DNA of 64,000 nucleotides from the human T2T-CHM13v2.0 reference genome, Homo sapiens: NCBI RefSeq assembly GCF_009914755.1, contig NC_060936.1. One strand, given 5' to 3'. Within the stretch, counting starts at the first letter, position 1. Each line of letters starts with the position of its first letter. Below the pieces are notes generated by a model. That model saw only the letters and a list, made by a program, of their open reading frames with translations. It made no database searches and was not told the DNA's origin. The position numbers were made by a program, and so were the translations under genes. Shown piece after piece: positions 22,719 through 40,800 of this stretch.

Positions 22719-22991
22719 TAGTTAGAGTTGTGGGAAGATTAGATGAGTTATAAGATTATAGTTATTAGATGAGATATAAAGCACACAATATCTGACATTT
22801 AATAGATGTTTCTGTAATGTTAATTGCATTCTTTTTCACTTCCACACCTTACAATGAACCCACCTGATAAAAGGAGAGAAGCATAAAAATTCCATGCAGA
22901 CAAAAGTCCTTATCTGGGCCAACTACCTTCAGATTTCAGTTGTTTAAAAAAGCCAAATAAGAAAAGAAGGAAATAAAATTTTCACTTATTA

Positions 22992-23296
<305 letters not shown>

Positions 23297-23422
23297 TCAA
23301 AAAAAAAAAAAAAAAAAAAAAAGAATTGTCATTTTGTATGGGCACGGTGGCTCATGCCTGTAATCTCAGCAGTTTGGGAGGCCAAGGCGGGTCAATCACT
23401 TGAGTCCAGGAGTTCGAGATCA

Positions 23423-23614
<192 letters not shown>

Positions 23615-24066
23615 CTATCTCAAAAATAAATAAATAATAAAAAACAAAAAAAGAATTGCCATTTGGCTTAGGCATTAGCCAAAATGGGCTTTACGCATAT
23701 TAATTTCCTACTTTGTTACCAGGAATATTTTTCTGGAGATGGAATCATCATTTGTTTTGCTGAATCTCGTTGTGGGCAGTGCTCACCAGGGCGGTCTCGC
23801 CCCTGCACCTGTGGCAAGAGCCAGTGGCTTGACTGGGGGCTGCAGGATCTGTTCTTCAGGATGGCTCACTCGCGTGGCCAGCAAGGAGGTGCTGCTCCCA
23901 GCCCAGAGGTAAGGGGGCTTCGGGGCTGGGAGGAACATGGGGCTCCTCTCCATGTGGGCCTCTCCGCAGACGGGATTTCTCAGGGTGCATGACTGAGTTC
24001 TAAGAGTGAGCATTCCGGGAGAATGTCAGAAAGCTGTATTGCCTTCTATTTTATTTTATTTTTTGA

Positions 24067-24351
<285 letters not shown>

Positions 24352-24924
24352 TGAATTGCCTTTTATGACCTAGCCTGAGAAGAAAACATAGCCTCACCTC
24401 TCACTGGGAGACTGTTGAAGTCACGTGAAAGAAGAACATGCAGAACCAGTGCTGTTGTTACAGCCATTTTTGGAAAATGCTGCTGGCCACAGAATACTGA
24501 TGGTCTGGGCCAGGCAATGAAGTGTCTGGCAGCCTATGGTGTGCTTCACGTGGAACACAGGCTGAAATGGGAAGGATCTGGGTCCTGCAGGGTGGGTGTG
24601 GCGATTCAGAGGCCCTTCTACAAGTGGCGGTGGGTGGGGCACTCAGCTAGGATGGAGGCTGGCTTGAGGAGGTTGGGGGCATTTTCCTCAAGCACCCTAT
24701 GGTGGTATTAGTAACTCGGCCAGCTTCCAAATTTAGTCATAACATTGTGTGTCTTTGAATTCCCCTGCGATCCTCAGGGGATAAAGTATTCTTTCTGTTT
24801 CCTGTCCTTGGCTATTGTGTGATAGCAGCTGTACTACTGATCCTGGCGCTGTCACTCCGCCCACCAGAGAAAGGTGCATTTAGGCATATGACTTAATACT
24901 TTCACAGGAGAGTTCTAAAAAAGT

Positions 24925-25135
24925 AAGAATAATGCTAAGATTAACTGTTTACTCAACCGAGTGCTGAGGGCTTCCTATGCATTATCTCATTTAGTTCTCA
25001 AAAGGATTCTAAGAACCGGCACTAGTATCATCTCTATTTCACAGTTAGAAAACTGCATTTTAGAGATGTGAAGTAATTGGCAAGGTTAGGGACTCTCAAA
25101 TCCAAGGCTGATTGCAGTGCCTCTTAGCTATACTA
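24925..25135 (-). mobile_element. MIR
   Basis: GCATTATCTCATTTAGTTCTCA...CTCTATTTCACAGTTAGAAAACTG core-like sequence. Confidence 0.7.
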
Positions 25136-26288
25136 CCTTATTATGGTTAAATCTATAATTTTATTCACTTAATGCATATTTATTAGCCCCTATCAGGAGT
25201 GAGCATTGTTCTAAGCACTAAGAATACATTTGTGAATGAAGGAGATAAAGTCTATACTGTCACGGAGCTTACAATAAAATAGCAGGTCACAGGTTATGGT
25301 GACGTTAAATGAGATGTTCGACAATGACTTTATGTCGATAACTGCGTGACAAGAAAAAGCCAATCATGGCTAAGGCTGGGGGAAGAGCAGTTCTGGCGGA
25401 TGTTGAGATAAACTTCGTACATTTAAATTTTCAAAAGTGTATTTCAGCAGACAGTGGTTCATGAATCAGGGGGCACCAGAATCCAAGAAGTCCAGTGCTC
25501 CACTAGGGAAATGTGCAAGAGCAAAACCTTCATAAGGTGTTCTCAGAAGCAAGACAAAGACAACATATTTGATTGGTTACATTGGAAAGTCTCTAGTTAA
25601 AGGTGAGTTGGAAGTTTCTGATCAGTAAAGTCCCTAGTTAGGGTTGGTTGCTGGCTTCTGGGTGGTTAAGCTGAAGTTTCACCCTTTACATGGGCTTTAG
25701 TTTGCTTACTGAGAAACCCATGGCCCTGAAGCTGTTTCAGCCTGATGTTCTCCAAATTCAATTATTTTAACACTGGGCACAGCAAATACAAAGGTCCAGA
25801 GGTGGGAAGGAGTTTCGGTAATGGGTCAAAGGGAGATTTGTACAAGATGTAGGGAGGGAGGGCACAGGCCTTATAAGCCAGGGTAAAGATTTGGGGGTTT
25901 AAGTTTATGGGACCCCTATAAGGTGGACCATCCATAAAGGACCAAGGGCACTTTCGAGATTTCAAGCAGGGAAATGCCCTGATCTGAATAGAAACATCAC
26001 TCTGGTTGTTGTACGGAGAATGGATTGTAGGGAAATGTGTGGATGCAGGGGCACCAGCTAGGAGCTGAGAGATGGTAGCTTAGTGAAGTTGGAAAGAAAA
26101 TAACAGATATGGAAAATGTGTTCACAGAGAATCTATAGAGGATCCAAACTGTTGGACTTGACCATAGTTTGGATAATGGTGGTAAAGAAAGGAATCAAGG
26201 ATAATACCTGGGTTTTTCACTTGAGTAACCGAGTAAATGTTGGTGTTATTTACTGAAGTAGGAAAGACAGAGGCAGGAGCAGGTTTAG

Positions 26289-26516
<228 letters not shown>

Positions 26517-26930
26517 TGAACTCTTGACCTCAAGCGATGCCCCCCTTCTTAGCCTCCCAAAGTGTTGGGATTATAGATGTGAGCCACCTTACCCAACCAA
26601 AGTTCTGTTTCAAATATGTTAATATGTTACCTGTTAGGCATCCAGATGAAAATGTCAACTTAATATGTGAATCAGAAGTCAGGACATAGAGCAGAGCAGA
26701 GCTAGAAATATACATAAAGAAGTCATTGGTACACAGATACTATCTGAAGCCATGGGAGTAGGTAAGAGTAAAGTATAAAGAGAAGGAGCCCCAACACTGA
26801 GTCCTGAGCACTCCAACACATAGAGGCAAGACAGAGAAGAAATAAGCAAAGAAAATTGAAAAAGAGGGGCCGGGTGCAGTGGCTCACACCTGTAATCCCA
26901 GCACTTTGGGAGGCAGAGGCGGGCCGATCA

Positions 26931-27972
<1,042 letters not shown>

Positions 27973-29361
27973 GTATTTTACTCCAGAAGCAGAGAGAAGA
28001 AAATGTTTCAAGTAAGATAAATGGTCTACTGTGTAGGACATTGACAAGAGGCAGGGAAAATAAAGATGGAGAAGTGACCACCAGTAAGGAACAAGATTAT
28101 CTTACCAATTCTAATAAGAGCAGTTTCCTGGAAGCATGAGTAGAATCGAGAGAATGCACAATGAGGAGTTAGAGGTGGCCCCATCTGCCACGCTTTCTTT
28201 CTTTTCTTTTTTTTTTTTTTTGAGACGGAGTCTTGCTCTGTCGCCCAGGCTGGAGTGCAGTGGCCTGATCTCGGCTCACTGCAAGCTCCGCTCCCAGGTT
28301 CACACCATTCTCCTGCCTCAGCCTCCCGAGTAGCTGGGACTACAGGTGCCCGCCACCACGCCTGGCTAATTTTTTTTTTTTTTGTATTTTTAGTAGAGAT
28401 AGGGTTTCATCTTGTTAGGCAGGATGGTCTCGATCTCCTGACCTTGTGATCCACCCGCCTCGGCCTCCCAAAGTGCTGGGATTACAGGCGTGAGCCACTG
28501 CACCTGGCCCAAGGAAGACATTTTTTAAGACAGATATTTGAGTATGTTTGCATGCCTTATTTATTTATTTATCTATCTATTTATTTATTTTCCTGAGGCA
28601 GGGTCTGGCTCTGTCACCCAGGCTGGAGTGCAGTGGCATGACTCAGTTTCCTGCAACTTCTACCTCCCTGGCTCTAGCCATCCTCCCACCTCAGCCTCCT
28701 GAGTAGCTGGGATCACAGGCATGTGCCACCATGCCTAATTTTTTTATACTTTTCACTTTTACATTTTAACTCTGTTGGAATTTTTTACACTTTTTATAGA
28801 GATGACGTTTTGCCATGTTGCCCAGGATAGTCTTGAACTCTTGGCTTCAAACAATCCTTCTGCCTTGGTCTCCCAGAGTGGTGGGATTACAGGTATGAGC
28901 CACTGTGCCTGGCTGCCTAATTCTTACTAGATTTAAGGAGTGTAAATGAAATACTGAAACAAAAGTAGAAGAGTAATTTTTTTTTTTGAAGAAAAGTTTT
29001 CATTTATTTAGTTAAAACTGTCTTATGCTTCCATGTGAAAAGTATGGGTGGTTTTCGTTTTGCATAGAGTGTTCTATAGCTTACTGGTTCTCAATCTTTT
29101 TAGCCAAGGACTCCTGTAGCAGAGTAAACAGTGTTAATACCTCTCATTCATTCGTTCATTCATCCTTCATTAAATAAATATTTATTAATCCACTCCCATG
29201 TGAAAGGTACTGATCTAGGAACTGAGAATAGAGCAAGAAACAAAACAAGTTCCCGGCTTGGAGCTTATATTCCAGGAGACAGAGACATGATAGACATGAT
29301 AAGCAAGTAAACAAATTTAGAGTGTGGCTGGTAGAAGTAAATGCTATAAAGAAAAATGCAG

Positions 29362-29704
29362 GATATCAAATTAATGATTTTTAATTATCCCATCCATAAA
29401 TATGGTATAGCTTTCCACTGATTCCTTTCAATAAGGATTTATAATTTTCTTTATGAATACTTTACATGTCTTTATATTTTCTATCAGGAATTTAAAAATT
29501 TTTGTTGATACTATAAATAGAATTTTTATAAAATTATATATTCTAACTGTTGGCTTCTGGCATAGAGGAAGGCAACTCATTTTTATGTATGGATTATGTA
29601 CCAAATAATTGTCTGAAACTTTGGGGGTTCTATTTATCATTAAATACTCTTGGATGTTCTATGTAAGCAATAAAATTATCGGCAAGTAAAAAAAAAAAGA
29701 AAGA
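29362..29704 (+). pseudogene. TSD-flanked polyadenylated retro-insertion (5'-truncated retrocopy or orphan transduction) made of antisense old-L1-like sequence
   Basis: 14-bp direct repeat AAAGAAAAATGCAG at 29348-29361 and 29705-29718; AATAAA at 29669-29674; A-tail from 29688; host L2 is collinear across the insert. Confidence 0.7.
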
Positions 29705-30381
29705 AAAGAAAAATGCAGCAGAACTAGAGTGACGAGGGCAGCGGTACTATTTCAAATGGAGCGATTGCTTAGGGAAGGCCTCTCTGATCAGGTGACATTT
29801 GCAAATAACTGAATGAAATGAGTGAGAAGGGCACAGTGCAAGGGGGGAAGAGTGTTCCAGACAGAGGGAACAGCATGGAGCACGTCTGGAGTGTCGGAGG
29901 TACAACATGAGTAGGAAATGGCTTGAGTCAAAGGCACCAGGAGGCAAGCACAGGTGAGATCAGGAAGGTTTGGGGTTCAGACAAGGCATTTAGGCGATGT
30001 GACTTTGGTTTTACTCTGAGAAGGAAGGCCACTGAGGGGTTTTGAGCAGAAGAGTGATGTTTATCTATGTAAGTTTTAAGAGGATTTTGCTGGCTGCTAT
30101 GTTGAAAAGAAAGGTGGGGGGAAAGATGTTAAACAAGAAGACTAATTATGCTGGGGGTGGTGGCTTATGCCTGTAATCTCAGCACTTTGGGAGGCCGAGT
30201 CAGGCAGATCACCTGAGGTCAGGAGTTTGAGACCAGCCAGGCCAATGTGGCGAAACCCTGTCCCTACTAAAAATACAAAAATTAGCCAGGTGTGGTGGTG
30301 TGTGCCTGTAATCCCAGCTACTCAGGAGGCTGAGGTAGGAGAATCACTTGAACCCAGGAAGTGGAGGTGGCGGTGATCTGA

Positions 30382-30621
<240 letters not shown>

Positions 30622-30853
30622 TAGAAATGATGTCTCCTTATGTTGCCCAGGCTGGTCTCAAATTCCTGGGCTCAAGTGTTCCTCCTGCCTGGGACTCCCA
30701 ACGTGCTGGGGCTACAGATGTGGCCTACCTCCCCAGCCTCTATGTGCTCTAAGTTTTCAATATTCAATATTTTGGATACACTTCTTCAGAAAATGTATTA
30801 TACTCATCTTTGCCTGCCCGCCTGCCTTCCTTCCTTCCTTCCTTCCTTTTTGA

Positions 30854-31081
<228 letters not shown>

Positions 31082-31834
31082 TGATCCGCCCACCTCGACT
31101 CCCAAAGTGCTGGGATTACAGGCGTGAGCCACTGTGCCCGGCCACATCTTTGCTTTCTTTACAGAAGATTGGTACATGTAATTTAATATTTTTCTTGATG
31201 TCTCAGAATTTGCATTATTAACAAGTACGACTGCTTTGTATTGTTATGTATTAGAGTTATGCTGTACTCAGAACCTCTTGATGCGTACAGGTTCATCTAT
31301 TTGCTTCTGATCAAATTCTCCCTGTGGCAGAGGCTAATGTTGCCCGCCAAATCTCATCTGTCCTCCTCCCTGCTAATGCTGCCTACCAAATCTGATCTGT
31401 CCTCCTCCCTAGTGAACAGAATCCCCAGTATTAGCTGCCCTGATAAGAGACTGTATTTCCCTACTTTCCTTATATTTACATTTGAACAGGTGACTATGTT
31501 CTGGCCAATAAGATGTATTTGGGGTTTTTTTATTTTTGTAGTTGTTGTTTGTTTGCTTGGTTTTTTTTTCAAGACAGAGTCTTACTCTATTGCCTAGGCT
31601 GGAGTGCACTGTCTCGATCTCAGAACACTGCAACCTCCGCCTTCCAGGTTCAAGTGATTTTTCATGCCTCAGCCTCCTAAGTAGCTGGGATTACACATAT
31701 GCGCCACCACACCTGGCTAATTTTTGTATTTTTAGTAGAGACAGGGTTTCGCCTGTTGGCCAGGCTGATCTCGAACTGCTGACCTCATGATCCGCCCGCC
31801 TTGGCCTCCCAAAGTGCTGGGATTACAGGCGTGA

Positions 31835-32140
<306 letters not shown>

Positions 32141-33026
32141 TAAATAGGGGTGTTGTATGGAACTTCTGGAAATCACCTTAATATGTTGTGCTCCCCTTTA
32201 CTTGACTTCCTTATTCCTGGATATAATAATGGAATACTCATGGCCATCTTGGACCCTGAGGTGACCTCGAGACTAGAAACCATGAACTGAGGATGGTCAA
32301 GCAGAAAGATGGGAGCCTGGGCTCCTGATAATACAAAAGTCTGCCATGCCACCTCCATTTTTTTATATGAGAAAAGATAACTTGTTTAAGCCGTTACTCC
32401 ATTCTAATGCTCATGGTTTTCTGTTTGTTTTCGCCTTCTATTGGCTTTTTTTTTTCCATTCCTGACTTACAGTCAGTGCACTTGCTTACATCAACTTTTT
32501 CCCTTTTTTCCTAATTTGCTGTCAGTCATTCTTGATTTAATGATTATGGAGCACTTACAATCGGCTAAGTGCTAGAGATGCTATTGTAAGCAAAACAGAC
32601 ACGGATCTGTCCTAGGAGCTCAAATAATATTGAGGAGTTTACTGTCTACTGAGGAAACAGAAGACCAAGTATGTTAGACATTAATAAAAATAAATAGCCT
32701 TTAAATAAGGCCGGCGAGGCTCTCCTTTGAACGCGTAGATATTATAACATCTATTTTACTGTTGCGTCACAAGGTAAAAAAAAAAATCTATTTTGGCTAC
32801 ACTTCCTTATTTTTCCCTGTGCTGTAGTTAAATATGATGGCATACAACTGAGTTCTGTGTGGGTGGAATGTGTTCACTTCCTGCTTGGTGCAAATTATAA
32901 ATGAAGTATCTATTTAATTTTAAAATGTTTTATTGTGAAATATAATACACATAAAGAAATGTGGTCTGGACACAGTGGCTCATGCCTATAATCCCAGCAC
33001 TTTGGAAGGCCGAGGTGGGCAGATCA

Positions 33027-33212
<186 letters not shown>

Positions 33213-33634
33213 TCATCCAGCCTGGGTGACAGAGCAAGACCTTGTCTCAAAAAAAAAAAAAAAAGTTCACAAAACATATAAGTACAATTTAACAAATAGG
33301 TGTGAAATTACTGCCCACGTAACCATCACCTAGCTCACTAGGTGGCTAGTGGGTACCCCTTCCCAATTCTCAAGAAGCACCATCCTGGATTTTACGGTTA
33401 TTGTGTTCTTCATTTTCTTTAGCATTTTATCACCTATATGCACATCCCTGCCTATGTCATTTAGTTTTACCTGTTTTTGAACTTTTGTGGGTGTGTGACA
33501 GGGTCTCTGTCACCCAGGCCGAAGTTCAGTGGCGCGACCAAAGTTCACTGAAGCCTTGACTTCCCTGGCTCCAACGATCCTCCCTCCTCAACCTCTTGAG
33601 TAGCTGTGACTACAGATGCAGGCCACCATGCTCA

Positions 33635-33862
<228 letters not shown>

Positions 33863-34792
33863 TTATATTCATGGAATTATGCCCTATGTACTATTTTATG
33901 CCTTTCCCATTTCATTCCATGACATTAAGTTTGTAAGATTCATCCCTATGAGTGTTAGCAGTGAAAATGACAAAGAAACTCCCACAATTCTTTCCTCCAT
34001 AAAAGCAAGTACAAAACTGACAAAAATTGATAGTATTAAGTTTATCAGAACTCTGGAAATTAACCAAAGGCTTGCTTGCAGCAATCTGGGAGGCATTTAT
34101 CAAGACAAATGGTTGAATCTTAGTAAAAACAAAGAGGTTTGTGGCATTTTAACTATCCTATTTCCATCCCCCTTTCTCCAGCTCCCTGGCAGCCTTGGAA
34201 GCCAACAGTCCACAATCCTGGTGACCCCAGGAACCTGGCAGCCACTAGATAAGGCAGAATGGGGTTAGAGCACCTTCAAAGCTTCATTCTCATGGTACTG
34301 TAGTTATTTGTCTGTCTGGTGCTTCCCGGGAAGACCCCACTTGCAAGGCTGCCTTTATTTAACCTAACCAGGATCTTATCCAGGGCTAAAAAAATAAAAA
34401 CCCTTTTCTCCAGAGGCATTTATTGAAAATATTTCAAGACAATTGTTTGACTTCATTCCTGCCTGAGTAGTGGGTGATATTAGGGCAAACAAAAGGCTAA
34501 CCTAAAGCTCAAAAGGAAAAGCCAGAGAATGGTACGTCCCTAGGAGCTTTGAAAAGCTTCAGCTCATTGTGGGAATCCACAAAGCAGCATATGCACAGGG
34601 CTGTGTGCATGCCCAGCAAAGATCTGAGAAGGCCCTGAACCTGCCCTTCCCCATAAGAATGTGAGCTCAATAAGGCAAGGAGCTTGTCTACTATATCCCC
34701 AGGATCGTGAACTATGCTTCACACATAGTAGAAATTCAATAAATATTTGTTGAATAAATAAAGAATTGGTGAGTATATACACACACACACAG

Positions 34793-35131
34793 AGTCAGCT
34801 CTCCATATCCGTGGTTTCTGCATCAATGGATTCAACCAACTGGAGATAAAAAATATTTGGACAAGAAAATGGATGGCTGCATCTGTACTGAACATGTATA
34901 GACTGTTTTTTCTTGGCATTATTCCCTAAACAATACAGTATAACAATATACGTAGCATTTACTTTGTATTAGATATTACAATAATCTAGAGGTGATTTAA
35001 AGTATACAGGAGGATGTACGTAGTTTATATGCAAATACTATGCCATTTCATATCAGCAACTGTATCTGCAGATTTTGGTTTTGAAAGGGGGTGCTGGAAC
35101 CAATCCACCACAGATACTGAGGAACAACTAC
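34793..35131 (-). mobile_element. MER2-type Tigger MITE
   Basis: GGATTCAACCAAC...CTGTACTGAACATGTATAGAC...TTATATGCAAATACTATGCCATTT...CTGGAACCAATCC. Confidence 0.8.
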
Positions 35132-35967
35132 ATATATTTGCATCCCAGGAACACCAGTCAAAGAATTATTTAACATTCTCACAATGAGAACTGATTCATA
35201 CCAAAAGTATAATAGTCAATAATTTTATTTAGATGAGACTTTGGTGGGGCTGCACTAATTGTATTATATTTGTCATATAAATTATATGAAATAGACATTT
35301 TACTTATTTTATTATATATATAATCACAATTTATTACATTTGACCATAGTTGTTCTCATTACAAGAATTTTAAGCTGGGCATGGTGGCTCAAGCCTGTAA
35401 TTCCAACACCTTGGGAGGCTGAGGCAGGAGGATCACTTGAGCCCAGAAGTTTGAGACCAGCCTGGGCAACACAGGGAGCCCCTGTCTCTACAAAAATAAA
35501 ATTTAAAAATTAGCCGGGCATGCTGTCATGCTCCTGTAGTCCCAGCTACTTGGGAGGCTGAGGTGGGAGGATATCTTGAGCCCAGGAGTTGAGGCTACAG
35601 TGAGCTATGATCACACCACTGCACTCCAGCCTGGGTGACAGAGCAAGACCCTGACTCTTAAAAAAAAAAAAAGATTTTAGTATGTGTATACGATATTAAG
35701 AGTGAAGTACAAAATCTGGGAAAAGTAAAATGAAGAAACTATGTAAAGAGGTTTATCAGACAGCATTCCATATATACTGGTGATAACTTAATTCAGGAAT
35801 TCTTGCTTCTGTTCTGTTGACAGACTTTGCATCAGTGTGAAGTGAGACACATTGTCTTCATATATCCCACTCCATTTCTGGTGATATAATTTAGGGCTGG
35901 GCGCGGTGACTCATGCCTATAATCCCAGCACTTTGGGAGGCGGAGGTGGGTGGATCACCTGAGGTCA

Positions 35968-36180
<213 letters not shown>

Positions 36181-38449
36181 TCATCTCAAAAAAAAAAAAA
36201 AAAAAAAAAAAAGTCATAATTTAGTCCTACTCACATTCCTTTTGGGATTGTTTTATTATCTCATTTTGCTGATTAGGGTGGTTACTGGATATTTATGTAG
36301 CACAATCTTAGGCAGTCAAGAAGCTATCCATAGTTTAAAATAAAAAACAAAATACTAATAACCAAAAATAAGGGAACATTTATTTTTACCAAAAGACTTC
36401 CTAAGATTCTTTTTTCAGTTTGAAAGTTTGGCCTATTAGGAATGGTGTTTGGCAAAGATAATTAGCTCTTAGGTTAAAATGACAACTGCAAAGAACAGTA
36501 AGAAATTAGGACAGTGAAACATTGATTTAGAAAGGCAGTTGGGAGAGGGCATTTGGGAGGAGGTGGTTACAAATGGTTGTTCAGAATGGCATTTGGGAGT
36601 AAGTAGGCGGTCCATGAGACAAGGAGGTATCTGAAGAAAGTGAACCAACAACCGAGCTATTTTGGGTAGGGTATCACAGCAAAGGGAATGTTCTATTAAT
36701 TACTCTTCTCACCAATAACCAAAGCCAGGTACATCCCTTGCTGAGACTTTGAACCAAATACATATATTTTGAACCAAATATATACGTAGAGAGAGAGAGA
36801 CAGGAAATAAATCGATACTTGATTGTGTTATATAGTAGCTGTTTCTAAGAGTCAAAGTGTATGTATATAGAAGTGGATTTATGTGCATATGTCACCATTT
36901 TTTTCCATGGAATTTTATCATTGCATATGCAAAGATAAAATATAGATAATCTATATGCAAAATATAGATTTTGAACTCTGAGCAGCAAGCTCCTTTGGTT
37001 GGAGAAGAAAAGGAACCTATATGTCTTTACTTCCATTGGGGCCTAATATTTCCCTTGGGGTGACTATGATGCAACCAATATGTACGTTCCTTTAATCAAC
37101 CTTTTGTTTTGTTTCATATTATTATAGGATACAGAAAACATTGTGGGGAAGGGCATGGTATTTTTTTTTTTAAAGACATAGTCATTGAGCCAGAAAAGAC
37201 TGCCTTTTCCTCTAGTGTGAGAATTATATAACTAAGATATAAAGATAAGCTAATATATAGGACTTAGAATCGTGAACTGGGGAGGCAGGTATTGCACTTA
37301 ACGGAGGAAAATAAGCAGCAGTGTGCAGAGCGGGGTTAGTAAGTTCACCTTTGGTTACAGGCAGCCATGGTCAGATCACAGCCAAAAAGGTGAATAAACC
37401 TGAGAAAGCCTTTGGTCAAGATTTCCGTTTTTTAAATACTTTAAAAAATTAATTATTTATTCAAAACTACTATTATTGGTTGTAAATAAATATGGAAAGA
37501 TAATAAATTTTGCTAGTCTTTTCTATAAAATTTGTGAAAAAGTTTAAAAGTACAATGCCTAACAAGAACGTATAACTCGTATGATACTCTCCACATAATT
37601 GCTTTGTTTTTGAAAGCTATTTGGAATTTTTTTTTTTTGAGATGGAGTCTCGCTGTCGCCCAGGCTGGAGTGCAGTGGCGCGATCTCGGCTCACTGCAGG
37701 CTCCGCCCCCCGGGGTTCACGCCATTCTCCTGCCTCAGCCTCCCGAGTAGCTGGGACTACAGGCACCCGCTGCCTTGGCTGGCTAATTTTTTGTATTTTT
37801 AGTAGAGACGGGGTTTCACCGTGTTAGCCAGGATGGTCTCGATCTCCTGACCTCGTGATCCGCCCGCCTCGGCCTCCCAAAGTACCTTTACCTTTTGATT
37901 TAATAATCTCATTTTGGGAGTAGGTAGAGGGGAATTAATCACAAAATATGGGAGGAATAAGCACAAATCTTGAGGCAACGCTAACATGCAATATTGCTTG
38001 TTTATGTATACATTCAGGAAATGCTCTTCAAGTGCCTATTACGTTCCAAGCACTAGGGGTGAAACAGGTAATACAAGAAAGTCTTCTCTCATGGAACTTA
38101 CATTTCAGTGGGGGAGACTGAAGATAAGCAAGCATAGTACACACACACATATATATATAAATACACATATAGTATATCAGGTGGAGAAAAATAAAACAGG
38201 ATATGGGGACAGAAAGTGCATGAGAAAATGGCTGTTTCACATAGGGGCACCAGGGAAGGCTCAGGCATGGTGACATGTGAGACCTGAAGGAAGTAAGGAA
38301 GCAAGCCTTGAGGCAACCTGGCAGAAAACTGTGCCCATTAGAAGGGTCGCTCTTAGGCCAGGCGTGGTGGCTCACGCCTGTAATCCCAGCACTTTGGGAG
38401 GCCGAGGAGGGCGGATCACGAGGTCAGGAGATCGAGACCATCCTGGCTA

Positions 38450-38746
<297 letters not shown>

Positions 38747-38895
38747 CTAGCAGATGAGGTCAAAGAGTCAATGAGGGGGCAAATTTTGTAGGACATTATA
38801 GGCCATCCTAAGAATTTGGATTTTACTCCGAGTGAGACTGGAAGTCATTGGAGAATTTTGTGCAAGAAAGTGACAGAATATAACCTAGCTTTTAA

Positions 38896-39120
<225 letters not shown>

Positions 39121-39349
39121 TAGTAGAGACGGGGTTTCATCATGTTAGCCAGGATGGTCTCGATCTCCTGACCTCGTGATCCACCCTCCTTGGCCTCCCA
39201 AAGTGCTGGGATTACAGGTGTGAGCCACCACACCTGGCCAGAAATTTTAAATAATACAGGCAAGAAATGTTGGTGGATTGGGTCAGTGTAGTAATGATAC
39301 AGATGATGAAAGTGGTTGAATTCTGGACATAATCTAAAGGTAGATCTGA

Positions 39350-39630
<281 letters not shown>

Positions 39631-40800
39631 TGAGCCACCACGCCCAGTCCTTCTTTTTTTTTTTTTTTTTTTTTTAAGAAATGTGCTCTCACTGATGCCC
39701 AGGCTGGAGTGCAGTGGTGTGATCATAGCTATCTGTAGCCTCAACTCCTGGGCTCAACTGATCCTCAGCCTCAGCTTCTCGAGTAACCGGGGACCACAGG
39801 CACGTACCACCACACCTGGCTTATTTATTTATTTTGTGAGATGGATTCTTGCCATATTGCCCAGGCTGTCAACAGGATTTATTAATAAACTGAATGTGAA
39901 GCATGAGAGAGAGGAAATTAAGGAGGACTCTAATATTTGGTCTCAGTAACCGGACAAATAGAGCTGCCACCTACTGAGACGGGGAAGATGTGGGAAGAGC
40001 AGGTTTGGGAGTAGAAATCAGAAGTTTATTTTTGAACACATAAGACTTCCAATGCCTGTTAGACAGCAGTAGCAGCAAATTGGTGCCTCAGCCATATTCC
40101 TTGCCTGTGCCACATCAGTGTGCTATGGACAGCCTGATCTCCAACTGCCAGCACCTCCATTTCTTGGCCTGAGGACTTTCTCAAATGAAGACAGTCATGA
40201 AAAACAAGACAAAAGAACCCATAAAAGGCAGGTTTTTTTCTTCTCTAGTAAGAGGGAGGCTCCTGAAGAGAAACTCTCCGCCCTTCCTTGTTCCCAGCTT
40301 TCTGCCTTGAATGCCTTTGAGAATGTGATGATTGGTGGTGTGGCAAACAACAGGGGAGGTCCGAGGGAACTGAAGAGTGGCCAACTCAGACCCCTGGAGC
40401 TGTAGAAAGGAACCTGTTTTAGCAGCTGCCTACCTCTGCAGTGCCTGCTCTGTGAGAGAAATGCAGGCTTCTCACTGAGGCCACTGTAAATCAGTATTCT
40501 CCTCCTTGCAGCCGAAAGCATTCCTAACTGATTCACTGCTCAATAAGAATAGTAACTAACCTCATCAAATACTTACTACATACTAAGTAAGTGATGACCT
40601 GTGATACTCTAAGTGTCTTACATGTATTTTCTCATTTAATACTTATAATAACTTTACAAATGAGTTACTATTATTATCTCCGCATTAGATAAGAAAAGTG
40701 AGGCATGGAGAGTTTACATCATAATATGAACCTAGGCAGTCTTCCTCCGCAGTCCTGACCCTAACTACTCTGCTATGCTGCCTTCCAACACCTGTGGTTA

